Positions 16,331 through 26,738 are shown, counted from the first letter of the stretch. The stretch: 44,781 nt of DNA from Ruminococcus sp. (GCA_024690465.1 JAILPC010000104.1:1-44781), one strand, 5' to 3'. The notes: generated by a model from the sequence alone, not told the origin. Program-made: numbers and translations.

Positions 16331-16467
16331 GTCAAAAAAATCAAGGCAGCGTTAGGAATATCGCGGTTTTCAAGCGTTTTTTGTTGTGATATAGTTCAAA
16401 AATAAGAACATAAAATTATGCACAATGACAAAATTCGGAAATGTTGCACAAATTCGTTTTTGTTTTC

Positions 16468-16496
16468 TTGTTAGAACAATAATAATATGATAAAAT
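16468..16496 (+). promoter_or_regulatory. Extended -10 sigma-A promoter for the giant surface protein
   Basis: TTGTTA, 17 nt spacer, TG-A-TAAAAT. Confidence 0.5.
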
Positions 16497-16649
16497 TATT
16501 ATAACTAACTATGGGGTAGTATGCGTTTTTTTACGGTCAGATAAGCGCAATACCCAAACTCCTGCAGCCTATATCTCTACACTCGAAAGGTCAGTTATTC
16601 GACAGTGTAACGATATATTCTATCTACCTGAGAAACGGAGGGCTTGTTT

Positions 16650-19600
16650 ATGAAAACAATGCTAATAAGGAACTCTAAAAGAATTTTTATCGGCGTATTG
16701 GCGGGATTGATGTCAATGTCAATGTTGCTGGTAGTTTCTACAATAACCACAGCAGCTGGTACAATTAAATTCGAGTATAAGAAAAACATGCCAAATGATT
16801 GGTGGACAGCAGATACTAGTGTTGAACTTACACAGTCGACAACTGATAACAGAAGATACTATGGCACCTTTACTTTTGACGCAAACTCAACATATGGATG
16901 CTATATAAAAGACGGCGATACATATGTTAAAGCTAATGTAACAGCTTCAAATGACAGTGCAGTTCAGTTATATTCATATGGCAACAATAACGCAGATAGA
17001 GTTACATACACAACAGGGACTGCAACAGATTACGCGGTTACATATGATAGCACAGATAAAAAACTGTTTATCAGCCCGCTGGAGAGCAGCACTTGTGTTC
17101 TGCATTATGACGTTGCAACAGATCATGATAGCTATTGGGATTTGACGCCGACTGTAACATTATCATATGATTCAAACGGCGATTATTCTGGTTATTTGTA
17201 TCTAACAGGCAACACGAAATATTATATGTACATGTATGTTGGCAATCAGTATTATAAGGCTGCAACAAACCTAGCTGTCGATAATGTAAATACGACAGCG
17301 GTAACGCTACATCACTATTCTAGCAATAACGTAGATAAGGTAAACTTTACTCCCAATACGGGTGGTTATTATAAATTTACTTGGAGTCATAGAGAAAAAA
17401 TTATTTATTTAACAAAGCAAGCTCTACCATATTCCAACAAGACTTTTAAGATAAGTGACGGAATTACCGATAAGTGGGACGACCAAGCTACCAACACAAT
17501 GAGCGGCAATGGAACAAGCCGCACGTTTACATATTACCTGAAGAAAAGCGACAATGACGTTTATTTCCGTTTCTACAATTCAAGCGACAGTCAGATTTTC
17601 GGTGCGGAAACCAGTAATCAGATTGTTTCTACCTCATACAGCTCAAGCACAAGAACAAATATCGGTCCGAAAAAAAGTTTTTATATCAGTAACAGCTCCG
17701 CTTTGCCGGATTCTTCAAAATACTACGCTGTACAGGTAACGCTTGATTTAACTCAGGAAAGCAACTCGGGCGCGGTAAAATATTCTGCCACCGCAAAGAA
17801 TAACCTGACGGGCAGCCTGTCAGCTGATACGAATACATATAACATTACTACGGACAGCGGAGGAATTACATTTACTGGTTTAGCAACCAACCTGTTCAAT
17901 TCTTCAAATGTAACCTACGAGTTCTTTAAATCTTCAGACGGCGGTTCAACCTGGAGTTCGGTTCGAGCAGCAAGCGCAACAGCTACCTATAATTGGGCAC
18001 CAACGCAATCCTTAGATACGGGTAATTACAAGTTCAAGGTTAAAGTTGTAGATACAACTGTTAACACTTCAACCAACGCTCGTACTGCACGTTTCGTCGA
18101 GTCTGATCCTATCAGCGTTTCGATTGTAGAAGGCAGAACTTATTCGGTAAATAGAAAATATAAAATCGGGACAGGTTCTGCGGTATCTGATACTCCGAAC
18201 ACTGCTGAAATCGGCGATTCTGCCGCCCATGCGACAGAGTTGGAATTTCTGCCATTCAGAACGGCTAATAATATCCGCTATAAGCTTACGGGCTTTACTG
18301 TCAGCAGTGGTATTACAAAAACTGCCGAAAACTTAACAACAGGCAAAGCTTCGTTCTGGACATCATCCGCTGGCGGCACAATTACCGCTAATTACGCGAC
18401 AGAAGCCGACCACAAGACGCTTTTCTTCAAGATTCCGTCAGGCTGGGACGCAGGTTACGCGTTCCTGTGGAAAGAAGGAGTAGCTCATAACAAGGCGTTC
18501 CCGGGCATTCAGCTTTCAACCACCGCAGGACCGGCTCCGGACGCCACCACTGATGATTTCGGCACATGTGATTACTTAGGCGCGGAAATAATCCAGAACG
18601 GCGCGGTTAACGATACTTACTATTACTATAAAACGTACAATACTACTTATGACAAATTAATCTTTGACGTCGGAAGCAACTCAAAGCAGACACGTGATAT
18701 TGTTCTCGCAAATATCCAGACAGATACAGCGTCAGGAGAAACTTACGAAGAAAACAGAATGTACTATGTACCGACTGCTGACAACGGATATGATGATCAG
18801 GGTAAATGGTATCATCTCCCCGCGGCGAAGTACAATGTTACAATCAGCGATACCGACACCTCGCCGAGCTACGTTTCAAACTCAACAACAGGCTCTGTTG
18901 CGGGTACGGTTTCCAAATCCGCGGTTGCCGTTAACTCCACCGTCAGTGATACTTTTACCATAACTTTGCCCTCGGGCTATACTCTCGATTCCACCACTCC
19001 CTGGACTACAACGGGCGGGGCTTCGGTAACAGGCTCGGGAACAAACTGGACCGTAACCGCTACTGCTGACGGCACAATTGCTCCGAACTATGTTGAGACA
19101 AGCAGAACAATTACCGTAAAACGCAGAATGACAGCGGACAGCGGGACACAAACGGAAAATCAGGCGACTACTTACGACGTAGGTATCAAGTCGACTGCTG
19201 AAGTGTTAGTTCCATCCACTCCGAGTTATTATTCAAGAAGCAGGTGGATGACAAGCCTTCCGTCAGGAGTTACGCTTGTATCAGGCAACTTGAATTCAAC
19301 TTCGGCAATTACAGTTAACTCAACTGCTGACGCGACAATCTACTTTGATTTTGTCGAAAACATGCACACTGTAACCTTCCGAAACGATGGGCACGGTGTT
19401 GTAAAGCAGAATAACTCAACGGTAACATCCGCCAGCGTCGGCAACATTACACCGTATACATTCGACGCAAGCAACAGCGACGGTTACGACTTTGATTACT
19501 GGGAAGTAGTAACGATAGCCAGCAGCAAAAAACTTACGGTTTTGGATCCGAACAGCACGCTTACAACTATCGAAGTAACTTCGGCTGTCGCGACACCAAA

Positions 19601-22600
19601 TCAATCCACGCAGGCTGTACTTTATCAGCCGAGCATTACAATTAAGACAACAGGCAACGTAACGCTCAAAGCGCACTTTAAACCCGTTGCGTATTCGATT
19701 ACCGCTGATTTTGCGGCAACCTACGCTTCAGGCAACACGAAAACAATTACCGATACATCAGGAACGACGATAGGCAGCGGCAACATCGGAGATGTATTCC
19801 AGCTCCGAATAACTCCTGCCGACGGCTATGAAATTAACAAGATTCAATTCGCAACCACAGGCAATGACGGCAACGGAAGACCGTTTGTTGCTCCCGAGGG
19901 AACAAACGCTTCGGGTGTATCCACTGTTTCGCCTACAGCGCCTACAGGCAGTACTACAAAAATATATGAGTATATTCTGAAAGCGGGTTCGGCAAAAGCC
20001 ACAATAACGTTAGTAGCTATCAAGCCTTCACTAAAGGGCTTTATGAAGAACAATACAGCGGGCTTTAATACATATACCCAAAGCAGTTCTCAAATGACGA
20101 CAAACCATAGTTTGGATGTTGCCAACTACTATCTCCAACCAGTTGACCTTAAGGCGAAAACAGATACCTATTCGACTATCGGATATACTGTAAATCAAAC
20201 TGCCCAGACGATAAGCTCAGGTACTGCGTCAAATGATTACAGCGAAACATACAATGCTCCTGCCGATATTATTCCGACGACCGAAAACGGTACAGATACA
20301 TATACGGTAGTAATTACCGCGACAAATGCCAAAACAGGTGTTACAACAAGAACAACTACCTGTACTTTCAACGTTACGGTAACGTTTAACAATGAACAAA
20401 AGGCATTCTTCAAGATGAAGCGTCTGTATCAGAACTCTGCAGATGAAGACGCGACAACAGCGGTTGCCTATTATCAGCCTAACGCTCCGTGGGGAGCTTA
20501 CCAGACTCAGCGTGAAAGCGTTAATACAAACTACGGCACAAACAGCTGGGGCAACTGGCCCGCGTACAACAGCACAGCCACCACTTATGCCGATGCGTAT
20601 GATAATTATTTCGACGCGTTCAGCGCTCTGCAGGCTAAGGCAAAAACAACTACAGTATTTGTATTGTCACAGTACGAGAAAACCCAATCTCAGTTTATGA
20701 GCGTTTACGGCTCAACAAACGGTACAGCGGCTGACTTTATACGCTATAAGCAGTATCATTACTATCTGATGGATACCGCAAGCTCAACATATGTTAAGGG
20801 TGAGAACGAAAATGTCGACCACCTTATGCAGTATGAAGGCAAAGCAGGCAATTCCACTTCCGCGTATAAGTATCTTTACAGCTATACTTACGCGGGTAAA
20901 GCAAACGCGAGAATTTATATAACCGCGACTGCAGCGGACACAACTAAAACAACAGGCTCGGGCGGAACATCCCTTTCGGGTACAGTAACAGGTTTATCTA
21001 CAATCGGCAACAAGTACTATATTAACCTGAACGGCACTGCGGAGGGAGCCAACAGCGTGACAACAGCGTCAGCTTTTGCAGACCTCCACAGCGAACGCAC
21101 CACCTCGGGAAAGAGAATGGTGGAGAAGGGCACGACTCCGTATAACGCTGAGGCTATCAGAACTCTAATCGGTCTCGGCTCTGCAAGCTGGAAAGGTTCG
21201 CTTTATGCAGAGGCTCCCAACATATCTATTTCCGAAACAGGATTTACTATCCAGAGCGCTCCGGGCAGTGAAGATGATCCCGTTAATCTGCTGGCAGCAA
21301 GCAACAACACCTGGACGCCATCCGCGTCGGGACAATACAAGGTTGAATATAAAATTAAATACAGTAATTCAACCGATAGCATCACAAACGATGTTCACTT
21401 TGAAACAACCGACACATATTATGTCTATGTTGCTCACGAGGAAGTTGACGTTTATGTTGACATGAACGATAATGTCGGCACACCGACTCTGAATTTCAAC
21501 TATACACTTAACGGCGACAGCGGCGTGCTGCCCTATGATATGAACCTCGTAAGCGGCAGTGAGTCTATCTATTCATACAAGATTAACCTCAGAAAACTCA
21601 ACGATTATAATATCAGCTATAAGACCAACGGAGCGCTGACCGCTATTACTATTAACTCCATTTCGGTTGATAAGGTTAAATATACCAACGGAGGAAACGG
21701 ATTTACCATCAATACCGACGCTTATCTGTCGGGTTCGGTATGGTTTAAAGCCAACTCGACCGCTATGTCGAACTTTGAGCCTATTTCCTGTTCGTCTGTT
21801 ACAAACACATTCAGAGCAATTGTTGACACTGCGGGAACACACATCAATAACGCTATCGAACATGTTTCGGGAACAGGCGTAATCAACGACGAAACAAACA
21901 ATGTTGACGGTATATACAGTGACCTATACGCGGGATATGACAATGAGTGTGTGGTAAATAATGTATTCGGCTATACTGTAAAAGCTCAGGCAAAGCCTGA
22001 AGTCGAAATTGAAAGCGCGAAATACTACTTTGACCGTTGGATGAAGATTGCCGCTCCCGAAGATGGCGGAAACACAGCTAATTACTTTACAACCTCGTCG
22101 CACTACAATGTTTTGACAAACGCGGGTAAAAACAACGCGTTATACGAACAGCGTACACTGCAGCTGAGTTCCGCTCCGGCGATTAACTCAGACACAATTT
22201 ATGTTGCTGTTTATAAGCCTGCCGCTTCAACAGGAGTAGCGAGACTTGAGGTAACCTATAAGTTTAAGGATTATAACACCGATGACGGCAACTATGTTTA
22301 TGAGGACGGTAAAGCTCTGAAGGATGCGTCTTATACCAAGACGATAAAGGTTCCGTTTGGAACAGGCACATCGTACGCCGGTGTAAACTACGCGGATTAC
22401 ACGGCTGTCATGACAGCTTATAAGACAATTGTCAAGAATAATATGCCGCGAATCGAGAGTAATTACTTTGATTATAATTACCCAACCGACGACAGCAGTA
22501 CAACCAACATGAAGTCTAATGACATTACAAACAGAAAGGCGGTTGTTGAGGCGGTTATTCCCGATGATAGACTCAAACCGTTAAATGAATGTACTGTCGC

Positions 22601-23405
22601 GAGAGAGTATACAATCAAGCTTTATAACGGCACAACGCCGAAAGCTACCGAAACCGGCAACTATCAGCAGGAAGTTGAGTTTACTGCTGCTCAGGCAGGA
22701 TTAAGCGGAGAGAATGTTAACTGGTATGTGAAGGACGGCTCCACGGAGATTATCCTGCATAAGGGTTCCACGTTTAAAACAAGATTTGTTCAGTATGGAT
22801 TCACGAACAACTCTGCCGCGAGCAACAGTGACAAGCTTTATCTCTACGCTAAATCTGGTTCAGCGTCTGTTGATAAGACATCGGTAATTATCAATTCGTT
22901 TAACGAGTATTATAAGGATATCAGCACCGATACCGATAAGGTAAGACATAATTACTATATTATTGATTATCTTGACAAGGATGATTCCGAGACTCTTGTC
23001 GGTGCGGGTACATTAGTCGCTACAACAAAGGACGGCACGACTTACAGCCAGAGTAACGCCGCGACAGTTTTCAGCAGCACCAATAACATTAAGGATTATA
23101 TAACACGCGCGCTCACAACAGGCACGGGTACAAATCAAGCTGTTGATTACGATACCGAAAGACCTCAGCAGACATTTGAGAATATCAGCTTCAGATATAT
23201 TCCGTATGATTCAACAAACGGCAAGAACATTCTGAGATATTCCGATCAATTGAAGGGTTACCACTATATCTACGGAATCCAGAACACGCTTTCCGATACA
23301 TATGAAGGTCAGACGCTGAGAGTATTCTCGTTCTTCATCTATAAGAACGGAAACACATATACAACAGTTGTTTCGCCGACATACGCGGAACTTTCGAGGA
23401 TTTAA
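16650..23405 (+). CDS. Giant (2,251 aa) secreted multi-domain adhesin with CBM-like repeats, a CBM26-like module and B-repeat-like stalk domains
   Basis: GGAGG RBS; Sec signal peptide; Thr/Ser/Tyr-rich beta domains; TLFFKIPSGW..YAFLW..FPGIQL..KLIFD..KQTRDI module; GYDFDYW and PADGYEI motifs. Confidence 0.75.
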   Translation: MKTMLIRNSKRIFIGVLAGLMSMSMLLVVSTITTAAGTIKFEYKKNMPNDWWTADTSVELTQSTTDNRRYYGTFTFDANSTYGCYIKDGDTYVKANVTASNDSAVQLYSYGNNNADRVTYTTGTATDYAVTYDSTDKKLFISPLESSTCVLHYDVATDHDSYWDLTPTVTLSYDSNGDYSGYLYLTGNTKYYMYMYVGNQYYKAATNLAVDNVNTTAVTLHHYSSNNVDKVNFTPNTGGYYKFTWSHREKIIYLTKQALPYSNKTFKISDGITDKWDDQATNTMSGNGTSRTFTYYLKKSDNDVYFRFYNSSDSQIFGAETSNQIVSTSYSSSTRTNIGPKKSFYISNSSALPDSSKYYAVQVTLDLTQESNSGAVKYSATAKNNLTGSLSADTNTYNITTDSGGITFTGLATNLFNSSNVTYEFFKSSDGGSTWSSVRAASATATYNWAPTQSLDTGNYKFKVKVVDTTVNTSTNARTARFVESDPISVSIVEGRTYSVNRKYKIGTGSAVSDTPNTAEIGDSAAHATELEFLPFRTANNIRYKLTGFTVSSGITKTAENLTTGKASFWTSSAGGTITANYATEADHKTLFFKIPSGWDAGYAFLWKEGVAHNKAFPGIQLSTTAGPAPDATTDDFGTCDYLGAEIIQNGAVNDTYYYYKTYNTTYDKLIFDVGSNSKQTRDIVLANIQTDTASGETYEENRMYYVPTADNGYDDQGKWYHLPAAKYNVTISDTDTSPSYVSNSTTGSVAGTVSKSAVAVNSTVSDTFTITLPSGYTLDSTTPWTTTGGASVTGSGTNWTVTATADGTIAPNYVETSRTITVKRRMTADSGTQTENQATTYDVGIKSTAEVLVPSTPSYYSRSRWMTSLPSGVTLVSGNLNSTSAITVNSTADATIYFDFVENMHTVTFRNDGHGVVKQNNSTVTSASVGNITPYTFDASNSDGYDFDYWEVVTIASSKKLTVLDPNSTLTTIEVTSAVATPNQSTQAVLYQPSITIKTTGNVTLKAHFKPVAYSITADFAATYASGNTKTITDTSGTTIGSGNIGDVFQLRITPADGYEINKIQFATTGNDGNGRPFVAPEGTNASGVSTVSPTAPTGSTTKIYEYILKAGSAKATITLVAIKPSLKGFMKNNTAGFNTYTQSSSQMTTNHSLDVANYYLQPVDLKAKTDTYSTIGYTVNQTAQTISSGTASNDYSETYNAPADIIPTTENGTDTYTVVITATNAKTGVTTRTTTCTFNVTVTFNNEQKAFFKMKRLYQNSADEDATTAVAYYQPNAPWGAYQTQRESVNTNYGTNSWGNWPAYNSTATTYADAYDNYFDAFSALQAKAKTTTVFVLSQYEKTQSQFMSVYGSTNGTAADFIRYKQYHYYLMDTASSTYVKGENENVDHLMQYEGKAGNSTSAYKYLYSYTYAGKANARIYITATAADTTKTTGSGGTSLSGTVTGLSTIGNKYYINLNGTAEGANSVTTASAFADLHSERTTSGKRMVEKGTTPYNAEAIRTLIGLGSASWKGSLYAEAPNISISETGFTIQSAPGSEDDPVNLLAASNNTWTPSASGQYKVEYKIKYSNSTDSITNDVHFETTDTYYVYVAHEEVDVYVDMNDNVGTPTLNFNYTLNGDSGVLPYDMNLVSGSESIYSYKINLRKLNDYNISYKTNGALTAITINSISVDKVKYTNGGNGFTINTDAYLSGSVWFKANSTAMSNFEPISCSSVTNTFRAIVDTAGTHINNAIEHVSGTGVINDETNNVDGIYSDLYAGYDNECVVNNVFGYTVKAQAKPEVEIESAKYYFDRWMKIAAPEDGGNTANYFTTSSHYNVLTNAGKNNALYEQRTLQLSSAPAINSDTIYVAVYKPAASTGVARLEVTYKFKDYNTDDGNYVYEDGKALKDASYTKTIKVPFGTGTSYAGVNYADYTAVMTAYKTIVKNNMPRIESNYFDYNYPTDDSSTTNMKSNDITNRKAVVEAVIPDDRLKPLNECTVAREYTIKLYNGTTPKATETGNYQQEVEFTAAQAGLSGENVNWYVKDGSTEIILHKGSTFKTRFVQYGFTNNSAASNSDKLYLYAKSGSASVDKTSVIINSFNEYYKDISTDTDKVRHNYYIIDYLDKDDSETLVGAGTLVATTKDGTTYSQSNAATVFSSTNNIKDYITRALTTGTGTNQAVDYDTERPQQTFENISFRYIPYDSTNGKNILRYSDQLKGYHYIYGIQNTLSDTYEGQTLRVFSFFIYKNGNTYTTVVSPTYAELSRI

Positions 23406-23439
23406 TCACTTTAGCAAAAAATCAGTTAGGAGAATACAT

Positions 23440-23835
23440 ATGAAAAAATTACTTTGCGCTATACTTATCGTTACAATATGTATGAGTATGCTGTTGGTCG
23501 GCTGCGTACAGAACACAGGTGACAAACCCGACAGCTATAAAGGGATAGTATGGACTTCCTCTGACTATAGCTTCAGATTTGATCCCGAAAAGGATTGTAA
23601 GGGTGTCTATAAGTTCAACGACAAAAAATACAATATTCAGCTTGTGTTTGACCCTAAAATGGTAATTGCGTATGATACCGACAAAAACAACACCCAGCTC
23701 TTTAACGCTGACTGGAAATATGAGGAAAAAGATAATCTGTATCTATACAATATCTCCTTCAACACAGAAGTGTATAAAGAAATGAAGGATAATTATATGG
23801 AATTTATCATGCTGCACCAAGAAAAATCAAAGTAA
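23440..23835 (+). CDS. Small lipoprotein, function unknown
   Basis: AGGAG RBS, MKKLL...LLVG-C lipobox. Confidence 0.75.
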   Translation: MKKLLCAILIVTICMSMLLVGCVQNTGDKPDSYKGIVWTSSDYSFRFDPEKDCKGVYKFNDKKYNIQLVFDPKMVIAYDTDKNNTQLFNADWKYEEKDNLYLYNISFNTEVYKEMKDNYMEFIMLHQEKSK

Positions 23836-23839
23836 AAGC

Positions 23840-23867
23840 AAAAGCGGGCAGCTTTCTGTCCGCTTTT
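23840..23867 (+). terminator. Rho-independent terminator
   Basis: AAAAGCGGGCAG-loop-CTGTCCGCTTTT. Confidence 0.75.
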
Positions 23868-23884
23868 GTAAAAGGATTGATTAT

Positions 23885-25045
23885 ATGATGTTAACAAAAA
23901 GAATAACCTCTGTTTTGCTTTCGGCTGTGCTTGTTGTTGTGCTGGTTGTCTCCTCGGCTGTTATTTCGTCGGCGATAACCACAATAAGCGACGAAAATTA
24001 TAAATATGCGGTTATTTCCGACGATGAACTTGCAATTTACAGATATAAAGGAACTGACAGCGAGATTGTTCTGCCCGAAAGCTATGGCGGCAGAGCAGTT
24101 GCGGGAATCTACGCGGACTGTTTTGAAAACAGCGCAATTACTTCCGTTACAATTCCCGATTCCTACACCTTTATCGGCGACAGCGCGTTTTACGGATGTG
24201 CGAACCTGACGGAAATAAAGATACCAAAGGGAATAGACACCATCGGCAAGTATGCGTTCGGCGCCTGTACTTCGCTTGCGTCTTTTGATATTTCTCACGC
24301 CGAGAATCTCCGCGCGCTTCCCGAAGCTGTCTGCTCAGGCTGCACATCGCTCCAAACAATAAGTATACCGATGATTATCGGCGAGATAGGCGATTATGCT
24401 TTTTCCGACAGCGGACTTACCTCAATAAAACTTCCGAAAAGCATATTGAAAATGGGCAGCGGCGTATTCAGCGGATGTTCCGATCTGGTACAAGCCGATA
24501 TTCCTCCCGAGTTAACCGAAATCAAGGAGGAAACTTTTCTTAACTGCACTAAGCTTAAAACAATTGTAATTCCCGAAAAAACAGAAAAAATCGGCAAATC
24601 TGCGTTTGAGGGATGTTCTCTGTTATCCGATATCGAGATTCCTCTCTCTGTTAACGCAATCGGAGAAAAGGCGTTTTATTACGCAAGTTCACTAACAAGC
24701 CTGTTTATTTCGAATAACGTGACCTCAATTGGCGCTGAAGCGTTCGCGCCGATGTCATACACCAATACGATTGAGATTGTTTGCTTAGAGGGGTCATATG
24801 CTGAGGAATACTGCAGTTCTAATCTTGTTCAGTGTAAAAACGTCCTTTTGGGTGACTGTAACCTTGACGGCAAAGTAGACGTCAACGATGTTACAACAAT
24901 TCAATTATATCTGGTCGGTGAGGAGGCTTTGATTCCTACCTGCTGTGCAAAAGCTCTCGCGAACACGAACAAAGACGAAAAAATTTCTATCCGTGACGCA
25001 ACAATGATTCAGCTACTGCTTGTGGGAATAATTACCGAATTATAA
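23885..25045 (+). CDS. Secreted BspA-type LRR_5 protein with a C-terminal dockerin
   Basis: Signal peptide; repeated IGxxAFxGCxxLxxIxIP; GDCNLDGKVDVNDVTTIQ...NTNKDEKISIRDATMIQ duplicated dockerin loops. Confidence 0.92.
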   Translation: MMLTKRITSVLLSAVLVVVLVVSSAVISSAITTISDENYKYAVISDDELAIYRYKGTDSEIVLPESYGGRAVAGIYADCFENSAITSVTIPDSYTFIGDSAFYGCANLTEIKIPKGIDTIGKYAFGACTSLASFDISHAENLRALPEAVCSGCTSLQTISIPMIIGEIGDYAFSDSGLTSIKLPKSILKMGSGVFSGCSDLVQADIPPELTEIKEETFLNCTKLKTIVIPEKTEKIGKSAFEGCSLLSDIEIPLSVNAIGEKAFYYASSLTSLFISNNVTSIGAEAFAPMSYTNTIEIVCLEGSYAEEYCSSNLVQCKNVLLGDCNLDGKVDVNDVTTIQLYLVGEEALIPTCCAKALANTNKDEKISIRDATMIQLLLVGIITEL

Positions 25046-25057
25046 ACAGCAAAAATT

Positions 25058-25085
25058 TAAACGGTCAGGGTTTCCTGACCGTTTA
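25058..25085. terminator. Probable bidirectional terminator between convergent genes
   Basis: TAAACGGTCAGG-loop-CCTGACCGTTTA. Confidence 0.75.
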
Positions 25086-25101
25086 TTTGTTGTATACTGT
25101 T

Positions 25102-26235
25102 TTATTCTTCGCTGAGCCTCATACCGTTTATCTTGGAATTGACCGCGTTATACACAGCCTTGCCTGTAGCGTTGAGTCTGATATTTCCGATTTGGTTTGA
25201 GTTCAGAATTACAATCTCTTTTGTTTCGTCGTTCAGGTATACGAATGAAGTGTGAAGACTGGTGCCGCTGTAGCCGTAAAGATTATGTCCGTCGTGACGG
25301 AATCCGAATCCGTAGTTTGTGTAGAACTCGTTAATCTTCTTAATCATATTTGTTTTTGTGATTTTGCCTGCCAGTGTCGCGTCATAGAACTTCAGCATAT
25401 CTCCGACGTCCGAAACCACGCCGAACGATGAGAACATAAAGTCATAATCATTATAGAATATATTCAGCTTTTCGTCGCGCCACATTTCCGTGTCAACGTT
25501 ATATCCGCGCATTGGCTGGTTTTTGTCGACGAACGTGCTCTTTGTCATCTTGAGCTTATCAAAGATGTTCTTACGGATATATTCCTTATAATCCATACCC
25601 GAGGCTTTCTCTATGATAATACCAAGCAGATAATAGTTCGAGTGAGGCTGATTGCTTCCGCTCTCAATTCCGTTTGTCAGGATATAATCCGTGATATAAC
25701 TCTTGAGACCTTTGCCCTTTTTTATCAGACGTTCTACTTGGTCTATTTTTTTATTATCACTCAAAAGATTTAGAAAATATGCTCCGAAGCTCACTTCGAC
25801 TCCGACAAGCTGTTTAACGGTTATCTTTTTGAGATATGCCTTGTCGCCTGTCGCGTCAAAATACAAGTCGAGAGTATCATCGAGTTTCAGTTTTCCTTCG
25901 TCACACAGCTGCAGGATTGCGGCGCCCGTGATATTCTTTGTCATCGAGCTAACCTGATATTGTGTGCTCGCGCTGATTTTTTTGTCGGTAACAGGGTCCT
26001 CAATACCGAAATAGTTTTCGTATAGAGTGTTTTTGTTGAGCTTGACATACACTCCGCCCGAAAAATCAGCGTCCGTAAGCGCTTTTTCTATTTTAGTCTG
26101 AACATCCTTGAGCTGCTTCTGAGTGAGAGTGATGTTAGCAACATCGAGTTCTTTCTTTTCCTCGCAAGAGGCAAAGCACAAAACAAGTGTCGCGGCTGCC
26201 AGAACAGCGCAGACAATTCTTTTTAATACGTTCAT
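25102..26235 (-). CDS. Beta-lactamase-family serine hydrolase lipoprotein
   Basis: FAS-C lipobox; SMTK (SxxK); SNYYLLGIIIEKASG...IFDKLKM. Confidence 0.85.
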   Translation of the reverse strand: MNVLKRIVCAVLAAATLVLCFASCEEKKELDVANITLTQKQLKDVQTKIEKALTDADFSGGVYVKLNKNTLYENYFGIEDPVTDKKISASTQYQVSSMTKNITGAAILQLCDEGKLKLDDTLDLYFDATGDKAYLKKITVKQLVGVEVSFGAYFLNLLSDNKKIDQVERLIKKGKGLKSYITDYILTNGIESGSNQPHSNYYLLGIIIEKASGMDYKEYIRKNIFDKLKMTKSTFVDKNQPMRGYNVDTEMWRDEKLNIFYNDYDFMFSSFGVVSDVGDMLKFYDATLAGKITKTNMIKKINEFYTNYGFGFRHDGHNLYGYSGTSLHTSFVYLNDETKEIVILNSNQIGNIRLNATGKAVYNAVNSKINGMRLSEE

Positions 26236-26738
26236 TTTTTGAGCACCTTTATGATTTCGCTTATATACATTTTATGATAGTCGTCTCCCGAATACTGAGG
26301 AGCGACTGTTTTTTCATCAATAATGCTTTGCTCGTTCATGTCCTGCGCGTACATCTTGCGGCAAATCAATACGAGCTTTGCTTCTTCAAAATACGGAGCC
26401 TTTTCGTCAAAAACAGGAGTGAGGTTACACTCTACAGCCTTGTCAAAGTCACGACCGCTCTTTGTTCCGCAGAACTTAAGAGCGTCACGGTATTTTTCGT
26501 CAAAGAAGCTGAGTGAATAATAATCCTCTTTTTCCATAAGACCGTAAGTGAAGCGCTGGGGACGAATAAATGTGAAAGCCGCGGGCTTGTTCCACATAAT
26601 TCCCACGCCGCCCCATGAAGCGGTCATCATATTGCAGTAGTCGCCGTTCTTCGCGGCAACAAGCGCCCAGTCGCTGCCGATAAGATCAAACGGGTTTTCC
26701 GTAATTTCGCTCGGGTTAATCTTTTTAAAATCTGACAT
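26232..26738 (-). CDS. Flavin reductase-like FMN-binding protein
   Basis: NMMTASWGG...FIRPQRFT...CGTKSGRDFDK...YHKMYISEI. Confidence 0.88.
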   Translation of the reverse strand: MSDFKKINPSEITENPFDLIGSDWALVAAKNGDYCNMMTASWGGVGIMWNKPAAFTFIRPQRFTYGLMEKEDYYSLSFFDEKYRDALKFCGTKSGRDFDKAVECNLTPVFDEKAPYFEEAKLVLICRKMYAQDMNEQSIIDEKTVAPQYSGDDYHKMYISEIIKVLKK

